Positions 12,062-26,439 of a stretch of DNA of 64,000 nt are shown piece after piece. A program made the translations under genes and the position numbers. Position 1 is the first letter of the stretch. Each line of letters starts with the position of its first letter. The notes under the pieces were generated by a model. It was given only the letters and a program-made list of their open reading frames with translations. It searched no databases and was not told the DNA's origin. Source of the DNA: the human T2T-CHM13v2.0 reference genome, Homo sapiens; assembly GCF_009914755.1 (NCBI RefSeq), contig NC_060936.1; one strand, given 5' to 3'.

Positions 12062-13409
12062 ATAGCCCCATAATCTTATTCTAATTTTCTCATTTCCTTG
12101 ATTCTCCGCCATTGTATTCATTCTTTTATATAACATCTCCATCCCAAAAATAAATAGCGCTGTTTGGAGGTTCTTCTGATTCTTAACAAGAAAGAATCAT
12201 CATAAACCAAAAATGTTCTGCCATATGCCTAAACCTGGAAATTCATTTTGCAAAAAACCAAAACAATGAGGTTAATCCCACAAATACTCAACTATTTTAT
12301 ATCATTAGAATCAATTTGATTAAAGTGCTAAAATAATTTGCACTTTCTTCAACTTCATAAATCTTTCTGTTACAAAATATACCTGATAGATCCCATTTAT
12401 TTGCTTATTCATTTAACTATTACATTTCTTTTCCTTTGCATGCTGTTGCTTAAAAATGCTTAACATGCTTAGCTCACTATTTAAACAGCATGGAACATCC
12501 TGACTTGGCTAGTATTGAATATACTGATCCCCACACCCCCTACCCTGCAACACATACACAGTTATTAAATGTTGTGTATTTCCCAAATCTTCCGGGTATT
12601 TTAAAACTCAGTGTTCTCGGAGGTCTTAAAATGCGACTCTCACCCACTTTTTCATCTCCTTACAGACAACGTCACTGACTCATTCTTAGCTTATTATAAT
12701 CGGCCATTTTTACTTCCCTTTTCAAAGATGCCAAAAGCAACCATGAGCTCAAACATGTTATAATTCTTGTGACCACTGTCTGCTACTTAGTTCAACTAGT
12801 GTGTCAACATGAGACCAAACATTAGGGTCAGACAAGGGAGATGTACACTGAACAGAACTCGCCAGTAATGAGCTGTCATGAAGGACTATTAAAAAAGCAA
12901 GACCCAATTTGCTGACACAGGTTCTAAGGGTGTGAAAAGTTGGTGTAATTGCCCAAGACAGAATTTATCAGGCATTTTTTAAAGCAAATATTTTATGAGA
13001 AAACATTTTTATAGAAGTAATGATGCCCTTTAGGAAGTGTCATTAGGACATACTCTTGCAAATCTGGGGTGATTAAAAAGCACTTAGTAGCTCAGGGCCT
13101 CTGGTGTGTTGTGATATAAAAGGGTGGGTATAATGCACACTTCATGTGTCATTTGCTTATCTAGGCAGGGCTCTGATGCCCGTAACAGTGCCAAGGAAAG
13201 AAGGTTGCCTCCACTGAACATGAAGAGACCAGGAAAGCTCCTGTGAAGGTAACAACCTTAGAAATTCATCAGCTAAAAGCATCTGGTGGAAAATGTTAAA
13301 GATAGAATATGTAGAAATTGAGAAATGCTTGTACAAGAGGAAAAATCTACCAGAAATCATCCTCCTAAGAGCCTAGGTATGTCCAACTGTTTATGGAGGT
13401 ATTATGTAG

Positions 13410-13630
13410 GAGAGAATGGTGTAATGGCCAAAAACACAGCTTGGAATCAAATTGCCTGACTTTGACTCTTGGCTTTTGCCACTAAATGGCTGCGTGACCT
13501 TGGGCAAGTTTCTTAACCTTTCTGTTCTTCATTTGCAAAACGGTAAAAATCATTTCTAGGCTTGTTTGAATGGTAAACTGAGTTTATCTGTGTAACGTGC
13601 CTAGAACAGAGAGCAGTAACAGCTTTTATT
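13410..13630 (+). mobile_element. MIR SINE
   Basis: ttggaatcaaattgcctg...gccactaaatggctgcgtgaccttgggcaagtttcttaacc...catttgcaaaacgg...tagaacag. Confidence 0.8.
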
Positions 13631-14029
13631 AGCCACTTTGTATTTGGTAGGAAATACAATTGTACAATTTGACACTTGCTTACAGAACCCAGACTCTTCC
13701 TTAAATTAGCTCCATGTGATTAGTATGGATTGGTTTGGTCAGAGAAATCATAAGCAGGTGGAATTGGGATTAACAAGTAAAACGCACCCTTTTCCACAAC
13801 ATTTTCTGTGATTACAATGGCACGAAGTAATTTCCCTTCTTTGACTCCTGCAACCTCTTCCTGCTCTCATGCCTCTTCTTTCTCTACCCTTAAATGTCGG
13901 AATTCCCCCAAGCTCTGTCACAGCATGTTGGTCACCTTCTTCAGCATTTTATCCTCTCCTAGGGCTCCAGCAATGACTTCTTTGCTTTGACTCTCAAATC
14001 TCAACTGTCAGCCCAAATTTGCTCCCTCA

Positions 14030-14377
<348 letters not shown>

Positions 14378-15234
14378 CTACCTTCTCTCATCCTTGAGTC
14401 CAACATCTGTGGGCAGCCTTCATGACCATCTCCAACTAGATTTGAACTGTATCAAGCTCCATTTCCTCCCCAGTAGGACACACGTTCCTCTTCCATGAGC
14501 TCACTACATCATCACCCTCTTTCTTAAGCTCACCTTTAAAATACCTCTTAATATACTCCCACCTGACTGCCAGCATCCTAGTCCAGACCTTCACAGTTAC
14601 TGTGCACAGGAGTTTTCTCCTACAGACCTTTACTGATTACCTTGTTCTAGGCACTGAGGTTCTGGGCCCCACACATGGGTTCTTCCTCCTAACTCATCCC
14701 AGAATCATTGACCAACACTTGCTTTTATTTGTATGAATGTCTGAGTAGTTCTTTGGGGGCAGGGGGAAGTATTACTTTTCAAATTTTGTAGGGCTAGTCA
14801 AATTTTGTTCTTTTTTTTTAAGGGCTAAATTAATAAGTACTTTAATATAAATAATCTCATGGATTTAGGATATCATACAGCTGAGTTATGTCAGATACTT
14901 TGACCAACAATTTGCAGATAAAAGCACATTATTTGAATAATAAAGAAAAGTGGAAACCCAATAGGGAGAGGTTCTATATTTATCCAAATTAAAAAGATTA
15001 ATTTTCAATACATAGACTAAAGCTGTCTTAAAAGAATGTTCATTTTCCACACTCCCAGGATATAGCGGTGGTGGGCTTATGCGCTACTAGGAAGGAAAGA
15101 AACACAGCTACTTCAAAAATCCAACCCCAACCATAAGGAGCAGTGATGTGTGCACAGCAGCTAGGTTAGATCAAGGGAAGAAATTAGATTTCTAAAACAG
15201 GTTGGATGAAGTAGTTTATTGACAGTACTCCCTC

Positions 15235-15465
15235 CATACCCAGCTTATCACCCTTTCTTGTTTTATTTTATTCCTATGTCACTAATCACCATCTAACACG
15301 CTACCTATTTGGATTATTTTTCTGTTTATTGTCTGCTGCTCCCTGCCCATGGCTTTTTTTAAAACTGAGGGCAGGATTTTTTGGTCTATTTTGTTCATTG
15401 TTTAGAACAGTACCTAGCACATAGCGCCAATGTTCAATAAACTTTTGTCGAATAAATAAATGTGA
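15235..15465 (+). mobile_element. L2 3' end
   Basis: tttattgtctg...gagggcaggattttt...ttttgttcattg...tagaacagtacctagcacatag...tcaataaa...gaataaataaatg. Confidence 0.8.
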
Positions 15466-16046
15466 AAGGATTTCCCTTCTAGTGGATTTCTTTTATATGC
15501 AATACTGTTTGTAAAACTCTTATGGAAAAGAGGACGCTCATAAATTACTTTAAAAAAACAACAATAGCTCTGCCACTTTAAGAGAAAATTCTTCCAAATA
15601 ACATGATTCTTGAATGTTAACTGTTTGCAGAGGAGAAAAAGGAAAAGGCATGTGTTTTGTGCCCACCTTTCCAGAGCACACCTCAGATTCATTCCTGGTG
15701 CTTCTGACAAGATCATAAGGACCCTGTTGTTCACCAAATATGAAGAAACATACAGCCCAGCTAGTTGTTCACTGAAGTCAGAGGCAGCAAGAGCAACAAA
15801 GAAAAAGGCAAAGTAAAGATGCTAAAATTAAAAATTTGTCTTGGTCTGTGTATGAAGGAAATACCAAATACACATTCATCCTGATAGTAGATTCTGGTCT
15901 AACATGCATAATTATAGCCTGTCAAGGACATAATGTATCTCTAAAGTAATTCATGCGTCTGTTTTTGGAAGCTCTAGTAATACATTGCTAAAAACTCTGT
16001 AATTCCATCTTCAATAGGGCTTTGTACTACAACAACCTCCAAACTA

Positions 16047-16590
<544 letters not shown>

Positions 16591-17164
16591 CACTACAATA
16601 AAGCCTCCTCAATTCTAAGACACGTTACTCCTTCAAATAAAACTGTACTGACAATATTTTAAGGTATCCTATCGAGTATATATTAACATAATTATCTTTT
16701 CTGATACAATGAAGTGGAAATACTCTGTCACCCCTTCAAGCAATGTGTACTATGAGTCACCAAAACACATGCAATTAGGTGACAAATACTAACACCTAGA
16801 ATATTTTAATCAAATATCACTAACTGTAATAATGGTGGAAAGTAAGGAAAAGGAAAATTAAACACGGGCAATAGGATGGTAGAGTTGAAAGATGTCTAAG
16901 GAGTCAGAAGCCTCAGGTTAAAATTCTAATGTAGTTACATATTGGCTGTTTCATCTTGGGTAAAAGTGACTGAGCACACCCCCTATGCCACCCACCATGA
17001 TGGGCCCTGGATGTAAAAAGGTGAAAAAAAAAATACAATTCCTTTGCTGGAAAAGTATATTCACAGGGAAAGTTCTAACTCACAATACTAAACATGTAGT
17101 TCTAAATTTTAACTTAAAAGCTACAGAACCCATTTATACCAAAGGTCAGTTAATCCACATGAAT

Positions 17165-17710
17165 TGCTCATGCTTAAACAGCATCAAGGGCTCCTTCCTC
17201 TTCAGGGAATAACACCTTAATTTTCTCTTGCGGACCCACTCTCGGTCCATGTGGTGTGCATGGAGCTGGCACTCCCCTACGTCTACCCCTCCAGGTATGG
17301 GTATCAAGGCTGACTAAGTGGAACATACAATCCCTTAGTCACGGGGACTGGTCCAGAAATAGGCAGTCACACAAGCCATGCTAATGAGATGTAATCCCAG
17401 AACTTTTGTTAGAACTGCTGCAAAGAAGATAGTCTGCATTCCACTGGGAATGGCAGGCTATGTACTTGGAGTTGCTATCTTATCACCACATGGGAAAAGC
17501 TGACTTTGAATCATACCAAGACAGAGGAAAATAGAGTCGAGGGATGGAGAGTGACATATTCCTGGAGATGCCATTGGAACATCCGGATTCATCCATTTCT
17601 AAATCCCTAATACACCGGACTTAGTTACTTCGGTCAGTATGGTCTCCATTTTGCTAATTTAGTTGGAGTTGGATTTCTGTCACTTGGGATCAAAGAGTCT
17701 TGTCTAATAC
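17165..17710 (+). mobile_element. MaLR solo LTR (MLT1K-like)
   Basis: Ends agttggagttggatttctgtcacttg...aaagagtcttgtctaatac; internal actggtccagaaataggca...aatgaga and acagaggaaaatagagtcgagggatggaga are typical MLT1K segments. Confidence 0.75.
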
Positions 17711-18522
17711 TCTTTTTTAAGCTTTAGATTCTTGATCTGCAAAATAAGGCAGTTGTGTCTCTAAAATTCCTTACAGTTCTACCATTCTGTTACAGTACTG
17801 AATTTACCAATTTCACTGGGCTGCTGTGATGATCAAATTAGATAATAAATAAGAAAGCACTTTGTCAATTTTCAAGTGCTTTACAAAGAGTACGACTGGC
17901 TATGAAAATAATATTCAAATATATGTGTATTTGTGTGTACACTGAAAAATTAGGAGGCTCCAGAGTCCATTCCATTTGTAATATAGTTATATAAGAAGCA
18001 TAGACTCAGAAAACAACAAAGAAAAAGGTCTCACTCTTGTGCTTCTCTCTTAGGAAATTCACATTTTACCAAATCTCAAAGGTTTCTGCTCATAATATCT
18101 TGTCTTCCTAAGTTCATTACCAAAACCCAGAAGGGTCCTTTTCTTTCACTTAAAAAAACAGTGCCTATTATTTTCCACTTTATTTCCATAAAAATGACAT
18201 TAAAGTGCTCCTTGGGGATGTTTTGCAAACACTTTCAATCACCAATCACTGACTCTGAAAAAAAAAAAAAAGGAAAGGCATTTTATTTTCCTTCAAAGGA
18301 GGAAACAACCCTCTAATAATGTCTAAAGGGGAAAAGGGCTCTATAAAAATGGGCGCCGTGAAAAACCATGGAAAAGATAAAAGAAGTCAGGGTTGAAGGA
18401 CATTCTTCACTGGGTCTCTTCCTCTCATCAGGCACCTTCTTAACATCCAGGTGCACAAGCCCCCTGCAGTCTAGCAAGTACACCTTCCCTTTCAGGTCTG
18501 CACAGCTGCACAGTCAGGCAAG

Positions 18523-18541
18523 CAGCTACTAGAGGGCAGCA
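18523..18541 (+). promoter_or_regulatory. Predicted CTCF motif
   Basis: CTACTAGAGGGCAGCA; 13/14 match to CCASYAGRKGGCRS, in unique, relatively GC/CpG-richer sequence. Confidence 0.45.
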
Positions 18542-19370
18542 AAGGATCAGAAATGGGAGTGCAGGGCTCAGGCAGGCTGGCTGGGAACTGACCAGACGAC
18601 CAAATTGAGGCCAGATACTTGAAGACAACCTCGGTCCAGTTTCCCATCAAAAGACAGGAAGGATCATGGGATCCCTCTAAGTTCTTAGATGAGTATAACA
18701 AAGCTTGTGTTGACAGTAATCCAAAAATTTAGCACAGTATCTGGTGACAGTAACAGAGGCCGAGTTGTCAAGAAACGAGGGGCACATGGGAAAGCCAAGG
18801 GGGAGCCGAAGTCCAGGAAAAGCAGGCGGAAGGTCAGGGGAACCTGGGTTCTGGTCAGAATTCTGGGAACCAATCAAGTCAATCATTGTCATTGTCATCA
18901 TGATCATCATCAACATGGCTAGCACTCACTTACTTCTCTGTGTGCTAGCCATGGCTTAAGTCTATATATACATTTCAAAAGGCATATGCAGGAGAAACAT
19001 TTTTACCTAGCTTTACTGAGGTGTATTTGGCATAAAATAAAAATTGTATATATTCAAGGTATACAACATGATGATTTAATATATATATACACTGTTAAAT
19101 GACCACAATCAATTAACATATTCATCACCACTCAGCATTGATGTGGGTGTGACGGGGGTCATGAGGGTACTTAAGATCTACTCTCTTACCAAATTTCAAG
19201 TAAACAATACAGTATTATTAACTATAGTCACCATGCTGTACATTAGATCTCCAGAACTTATTCTTTTTGTAATTGAAAGTTCGTACCCTTTGATCAACAT
19301 CTCCCCATTTCCCCCACTCCCAGACCTCTGGCAGCCACCATTTTACTCTTTTATGAATTGGACATTTTAA

Positions 19371-19705
19371 TGTATTGTAATTTTAAAATTATTTATTTTT
19401 ATTTATTTATTTATTTATTTTTGAGACAGGGCCTCGCTTTCTTGCCCAGGCTAGAGTGCAGGGATGTGATCATGGCTTGCTGTAGCTTCAGCCTCCAGGG
19501 CTCAGACAATTCTCCTGCCTCAGCCTCCTGAGTAGCTGGGACCACAGGCAAATGCCATCACACATGGCTAATTTCTTCTATTTTCTGTAGAGAAGGGCTG
19601 TCCCTACATTGCCCAGGCTGGTCTTGAACTCCTGGGCTCAAGCAATCCTCCTGCCTTGGTCTCCTGAAGTGCTAGGATTACAGGCGTGAACCACCACATC
19701 CAGCC
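19371..19705 (-). mobile_element. AluJ, full-length, nested in the L1
   Basis: (TTTA)n tail, then gagacagggcctcgc...gaactcctgggctcaagcaatcctcc...ccaccacatccagcc. Confidence 0.93.
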
Positions 19706-19852
19706 AAATTTGACTTTTTTAGATTCCACATATAAGTGAGATCATGTAATATTGGTCTTTCTGTGTCTGGCTTATTTCACTTAACATAATATCCTCCAGG
19801 CTCATCTATATTGTAGTAAATGGCAGGATTTCCTTCTTTTCATTGCTCAATA

Positions 19853-19883
<31 letters not shown>

Positions 19884-20069
19884 CACATACACCATATTTT
19901 CTTTATTTACTCATTTCTTGATGGACACTTAGGTTGTTTCCACATATTGGCTACTGTGCAATTAACACGGAGGGTACAGGTGTCTTTTCAAGATGCCGAT
20001 TTCATTTCTTTTGGATATATACCCGCAAGTGGGATTACTGGATTGTTTAGTACTATTTTTAATTTTTTA

Positions 20070-20444
20070 GACCAAGCACGATGGCTCATGTCTATAACCC
20101 CAAGAATCTGGGACGTCAAGTCAGGAGAACCAGCTGAGCTCAGGAGTTTATGACCAGCCTAAGCAACATAGCGAGACCTTGTCTCTAATAAAAATTAAAA
20201 AAAATTTTTTTCAAAAATTTTTTTTTAATTTTTATTAGAGACAAGGTCTCGCTATGTTGCTTAGAAAAATTAACCAGGCATTGTGGTGTGTGCCTGTAGT
20301 CCCAGGTATCCGGGAGGCTAAGGCAGGAGGATTGCTTGAGCTCAGGAGTTTGAAGCTGCAGTGAGCTATGATCCTGCCACTGCAGTCCAGCCTGGGCAAT
20401 AGAGCAAGACCCAGTGTCAAAAACAAAACAACAAAACAAAAAAA
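20070..20444 (+). mobile_element. AluJ with an internal inverted duplication
   Basis: Left arm 20070-~20195 and right arm ~20265-20420 (ggaggattgcttgagctcaggag), with an extra antisense copy of the left-arm end at 20219-20264. Confidence 0.9.
20159..20264. repeat. Near-perfect palindrome (46-bp perfect stem, 14-nt AT-rich spacer)
   Basis: ctaagcaacatagcgagaccttgtctctaataaaaattaaaaaaaa (20159-20204) is the exact reverse complement of 20219-20264. Confidence 0.97.
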
Positions 20445-22249
20445 CCTCCATACTGTTTTCCATAATGGTTGCACTAATTTACATTTCCAACAACAGTGTA
20501 AATAGGTTCCCTTTTCTCCATGCTAGCCAGCTATGCTATTTGCTCAACCCAAGAAATACAAGAATTAGTCAAGGGTAATTTTCATTTTATGAGATTTTTG
20601 TTTCATGCTTTAACTTCAGAACTAACCTCCACCACTCAACTCCAGTGCAACCACTACTAAATTCAATGACTTCTAAACCAAACCTTATTTGTCACTTCTC
20701 ATAGTCAAGGTTTTTCTTTAAGGAATGTGCCTTCAGTCATTTGTATCTGTGGTCCTGGTGGAAGGCAAAAGCACAAACTATTAGAAACATTGGGTTTGTT
20801 CAAGTGCTGTGATTTGTGCTTAGGCTGAATAAGAAAAACTATCAAATGAATACACTAGAGGTTTCTTCCATAAAGCAAAGGGAAAAGTCTAAATATTTCA
20901 TTAAAAATACAACAGGGAGGAATTTACTTTCAAGTTTTTACAAGGAATTAAAAAATACATATACTTTTCCAAAGTTAGATCCATCAACTTTTACCTTTCT
21001 TGTTATATAGATCTCTGAATGGTTCTTAATGGTTGCCTACGTTATCAAGCCTGGAATTCAACAATGCTCCCACCATGCCCTTGTCCACTCATTCTTCCGA
21101 AAGTTTGGTTCTAAGTCCCAGTGGTGAATGAAAGTGTCCTCTTTACAAGCATCTTTTATTCTAAAGCTACCTTTCTTTTGCCTTTATATCTAATACTTTA
21201 TTTTTAGAAATGACATTAAAATTAGTCCCTAGGAAGAGAGTCCTTCCATAGATTCTCTCTCTTAACTTGTTTGCGTAGGGAAATGCAGGCGCTTAATTGA
21301 TCAAAAGGGACTCACAGAAGGATGAACTATTTTGCAGAAGCATGCTAATGGAAATGCACCAACCGCTAAGACCCACTGCTCACAGGAAGCATCATAAAAC
21401 TGGTGAGCTGATGGAAGTGCAAAGCTGTAAAGTAACAGCCAAATTTATCTTTTTTTAAAAAATAAAAGGTATCTTCCAAGTAGAAAATTAGAGAACCATT
21501 TGATATAATTCACTGCATTTGACAGCTTTGGAGTAGATTTATACCCTGCTTTTTTCCTCCCACCTTCAGTTTTCCATTATCAATCTCTCAGCAGGGTTTG
21601 GATTTCAGCATTGGCACCAATAGACAGAACTGGAAACAAGTGCATTCTGCAAATCACTGCATGCTCCCATGTCATAATCTCAATTCTCATTCCTCAGATA
21701 CAGATTCTAGGTTGCAGCTGCAGATTAAAGTCAATTCTCTAAAATTACAACTGTAATTTCTCACTTATTTCAGGAGTTCCAATTGTGTAACCCTGTAGGA
21801 AGTTTCACTCATATGAGGAAGTTCAAATGAAACAGAAATTTGAGTGGAGAATTAAGCTGTCCCTTCCTTTTTTGGCACTGCGTCTACATGGCATCTTACA
21901 ACTCTTTGATTGCTGTGATGACAGGCAGGGCCAAACTAGTCAGGAGACAAAAGACAAGGCCATCTATCACCATTATTTGGAAATTTCATCTAGCAAAGGA
22001 TTTATGATCTGTTCATTTTGGAGGAGATTTAAAAAAAAACAAAGATTGAATAAAGTATGTCTGGTGATACATGAAAATGAGATGATGAGATGGATTTTAC
22101 AGAAGACCTGGGGCTGACTGCATTTGGTCAGAAGTGCCACATTGTCATGGCAGAGAGGAGGGGATTTGTCTAGGACCACTGAGCACCACAGCTGAGAGTT
22201 CTTTGAAAAACAACCAGTACCCAGAGTATCCCAGAGGCAGTCAGGACAG

Positions 22250-22570
22250 CACAGTGATAAGAGTGTGGGCTCTGGGACCAGACTGCCTGGGTTTGAATCT
22301 AGGAAATGAGCTACGACAAGTTACTAAATATTCCTGTGCCTCAGTTTCTCTAGCTACTCATAGGATTATTACAGAATTATTTCGTAAGTCATGACTTGTG
22401 CTGAGGAGTCCTGACCTAGAACAGTACCTAACATATAACAAATGCTGGAAACCACTGTAACCTAACTTCATAGGGTGTTGAGAATGTTACAGGAGTTATG
22501 AATAAAGTGTTTAGGATAGTGCTTGATACATAAAAAGTGCTAGGGTGTTAGTCATTATTACTATGAATGT
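22250..22570 (+). mobile_element. MIR fragments (two 3' ends)
   Basis: gtgggctctgggaccagactgcctgggtttgaatc...tgtgcctcagtttc; a second tail at aaagtgtttaggatagtgcttgatacata. Confidence 0.75.
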
Positions 22571-22675
22571 TGTTATAATAGTAACCAATAATTAGTAGTA
22601 CCAGAGTTCCTTAACATAGTATGTCCCAAGAGAGCCAGGTCATGAGCTTATGAATGACAGGGTGATGTCTAAACT

Positions 22676-23012
22676 CAGGTTATCAAACTGGCAGCTCCAG
22701 GGCCACACGTGACCTGTAAGTACGCTCGTTTTGCCTGAGCTATGTTTAGAAATGTTTTAAATTATTTGCACACTTCAGAAATGTCTATAGTTTATTTAAA
22801 GTTATGGGTTTGTGGATTCTCTTTAAAAATCAAGAGCTCATTTCACATTGGGCCTGCATTCCCGCATGCAACTCTCAGTTGGGGCTGGACAATGGTGGCC
22901 TCTTTGGATATTTGGGGCATACATTCTCCAGGTCACCCCAGTCCCCACTAGGGTTCCTTCATTCACTGTTATCTGCCTGGCCCTTGTAGGCACCTGAGTT
23001 TGCTGTCCTTCT
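22676..23012 (-). mobile_element. MER102-like hAT-Charlie element
   Basis: cattgggcctgcattcccgcatgcaac...ggggcatacattctccag...cagtccccac...atctgcctggcccttgtaggcacctgagtttgc matches the recalled MER102 consensus in reverse. Confidence 0.75.
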
Positions 23013-23571
23013 CCCTTGAATCTATTTTAGGCCTTCCGGGGTGATATGCTCTCAGACAGAATTTTTTTAAACACATTCTGGGCCCATCTGAGAATATGAT
23101 TTTACTGGAGCTCTCCCCGGTAAAATGTACACAAATTTATATGCTCACATGACAACTGCAAGTGGACCACGGACTCCCTAAAGCCCATTCATGAAAAAAT
23201 TTCCTGTTTTATGGGTCTATTCATGGACAAGAAAATTCCATTAATCCTCATTCTTCATTAGATCACTATTGTATCAAGGCGAATCCCATGATTTTAAAAA
23301 TAGAAATTATACAGATACATAAAATGAAGGACTATGCTCAGGAAGAGTAAATCCTTTGAACTGATGATAAATTTAGTGGTTGATTTGATTGCACTCAAAT
23401 TTGGCATCTTTATAACAAAACACCACACCAACTTGCTATCTAATTTCACCTCCTAAACACTTCTCAATTCTGCTACCTCTTCTCCAGATTTCTTAGCACT
23501 CTCAGGGCCACTGCCAGCCCAGACGGTACTATTATGAGCATCAGAAACAGCATCTCTTCCTCAAGACATTT

Positions 23572-23590
23572 TACTGCCATCTGCTGGGGA
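23572..23590 (-). promoter_or_regulatory. Predicted CTCF motif
   Basis: Minus strand tccCCAGCAGATGGCAGta; 14/14 match to CCASYAGRKGGCRS. Confidence 0.55.
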
Positions 23591-25989
23591 AAATGTGTCA
23601 TACTAACTACATAGATTCATCACATCTAAGATGAGAATGCCACATACTAGACAGGGGTCCTTGAGGAGTGCACACCTGCAGAACAGTTTCCAGCATGATT
23701 TGAGTTGTGAGCATCCCTGACATGGGCTAAGCATTTCTACTTGAGGCCATTATCCAGAGGAGGCAGCAGAGAGTGGCCATTATGAGCTTTGTAGTTTTGA
23801 GTTTTTAAAAAACTTTTTTATTTTGAATTACTTTTAGACTTAATGAAAAGCTGCAAAAAAATGTGGAAACAGAGAGTTTCCACATATCCTTTACCTCTTC
23901 CCCAAGGAGATTTCATCCTATAATAATAAAAACAAGGGTTTGAATCATGATTCTGATAGGATCTTGGCAGATGGGCACAGTGCCAGCTCACAGTAAATGC
24001 TCAGTACGTATTATTATATGTTGTTATCATCTGCTAGCATCACTTTCCTTAACTATAAATGAAGATAATAAAAATATCTAGTGTGAGGATTATGTTACAT
24101 TATTAGTAAAGTATTTAGCATAGTGCGTGATAAACAGTAATACTATTATTGATATTGCTGGTGATATTAACTTATTATTTCTGAGGTCTAATATTCTTCC
24201 CCAACCCACAGTCACCTAGTACACTGACATCCTGGTTTTCTAAGTATAAAATTATAAGTCATTACTATTCCTGAGATGCTTCCATATCCCAGGGAATAGA
24301 TGCTGGTAACCAGTTCCCGGATTACCACAGTAGACATCCCAAAGATCAGGAAATACCCAGAGCCTAAGGGCAGAGCTAGTTGCAGGCTGAGGGTATGGCT
24401 AAGTGAGATCTCCTTTTGTGTCTTATCTGAGGTCCAACATCTCTCTGAAGCACTAAAGTCTTACTGATAACTGTTGTTGTTATAATTTCATAAAACAAAG
24501 GCAAATCTTTTTAAAATAAGGAAGAAAGCTTTTTATTCCCACTTCCAAATCATCTGTCTCTAACCAAGTCATAAAGACCATCAGGCTGCCAGTGCAGTAC
24601 GATGTGTTAGATGTTCAACAGGAGTTCCTAGAACAGGCTCTACCTCCTCTGGGTGGAGAAGTGGGGCTGACCATGTGTGAGGAGGAGCCTTGCTCATAGG
24701 GGGAAGACACTTTTCTCAAAGCACTCCTCAACTGCTGACCCAGCATGCAATCTAACCTGTTTTTTTTTTTTTATGGCATCTGTTTACACAAATTCTGACC
24801 AGGTGGCAAATTCTTCCCCTCTCCTGTCAGCCACAGTATGCTGGACAGAGAACACCTGTTCCAGAAGTGGACTGATTAGCCCAAGGTTGGGATACACAGC
24901 ACGAGCTATGGGCCACACGAGAGGAGGAGATCCTGTGACTTGTCGGTGGTTGGCTCCACTCCTCCTCTTGGCCCTAGTCCATGTCTACCACTAATGGGAT
25001 TGATCCATGGGCATAAATCTGAAAGCCCTTGCTAAGCAGGTAGGAGGTTATCTTATCCAAAACTGCTACAGTGTTGTTGCTAGCTGAAAGCAAATGTTTC
25101 AAGCACTGGGGAGGGAACTAGAGGTACAAAATTGAGGTTGATAATCTTCGTTTTTAAGGAGCTTCTTGGGGAGGGCATTGGTGAAGGTGATAGAATGGAA
25201 TAAAAATATCACTTAATGAATATCTTTTCTGCAATGTCATTTACATATGCAGGGTATCTTTAAACAAGTAACAATAATTCAGTGGAATATCAGCTTTATT
25301 GATACTATCAGTAGGATGTGTGGATGCAAAAGGGAGAAAACAAATTAGTGAGAAGAATGGATAAATGAGGCAGTAGGAAAGGTTCACAGAGGAGGTGGGA
25401 CTGGAGGTGGATTGTGAAGGATAACTAAGAGTCTGTCCATGGTGGAGCAGGCAAATATTCCAGGAGAAGAAAGAACTGGTAGCATGGGGCAAATGGGAAT
25501 GAAGCTTGAAAGAAAACGGAAAAACTAAATGAAGAGGGGAAGAGAGAATCAAATCACAATATAGGCATAAAATGGAATAAGCTAATGATTAGCAAAATTA
25601 CTATTATCTCAAAACCCCATTTTTTTTTTAAAGGACAACTCATAACACTTACCAGCTGTGCCACTCTTTAGGGTACTTTCACATCTCAAGAATGGTCCTT
25701 TGACCCAGTAGACATACAGAAACACAAGTCAACCTATTCATTTCTCTCAATCTACAGAAAACTCTAGCTCTGCAAGCTCCTTGTCATTTGAAGAATTTGA
25801 TTCCTGATGAGTAAGTTGCTAGCCTAAAGAAAAATACCAATCTAAACATTATTAAGGACAGTGTAACAAAGAAGACATTCTACAAATTCTTTATTCCTGA
25901 TAGTCATAAAGAGGCTACAAAGAGAATGAGTTAGAGAAAGGTGGAACATACTCAGCATGAAAAAGAAATTTTAAAAAGAATTATGGTTA

Positions 25990-26439
<450 letters not shown>

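Larger units (their letters stand above)
19005..20525 (-). mobile_element. Old L1 3' end (L1MA-type), interrupted by two Alus and a (CA)n tract
   Basis: agctttactgaggtgta...tattcaaggtatacaacatgatg; tattattaactatagtcaccatgctgtacattagatctccagaac; agattccacatataagtgagatcatg; ttttccataatggttgcactaatttacatttccaacaacagtgt. Confidence 0.9.
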
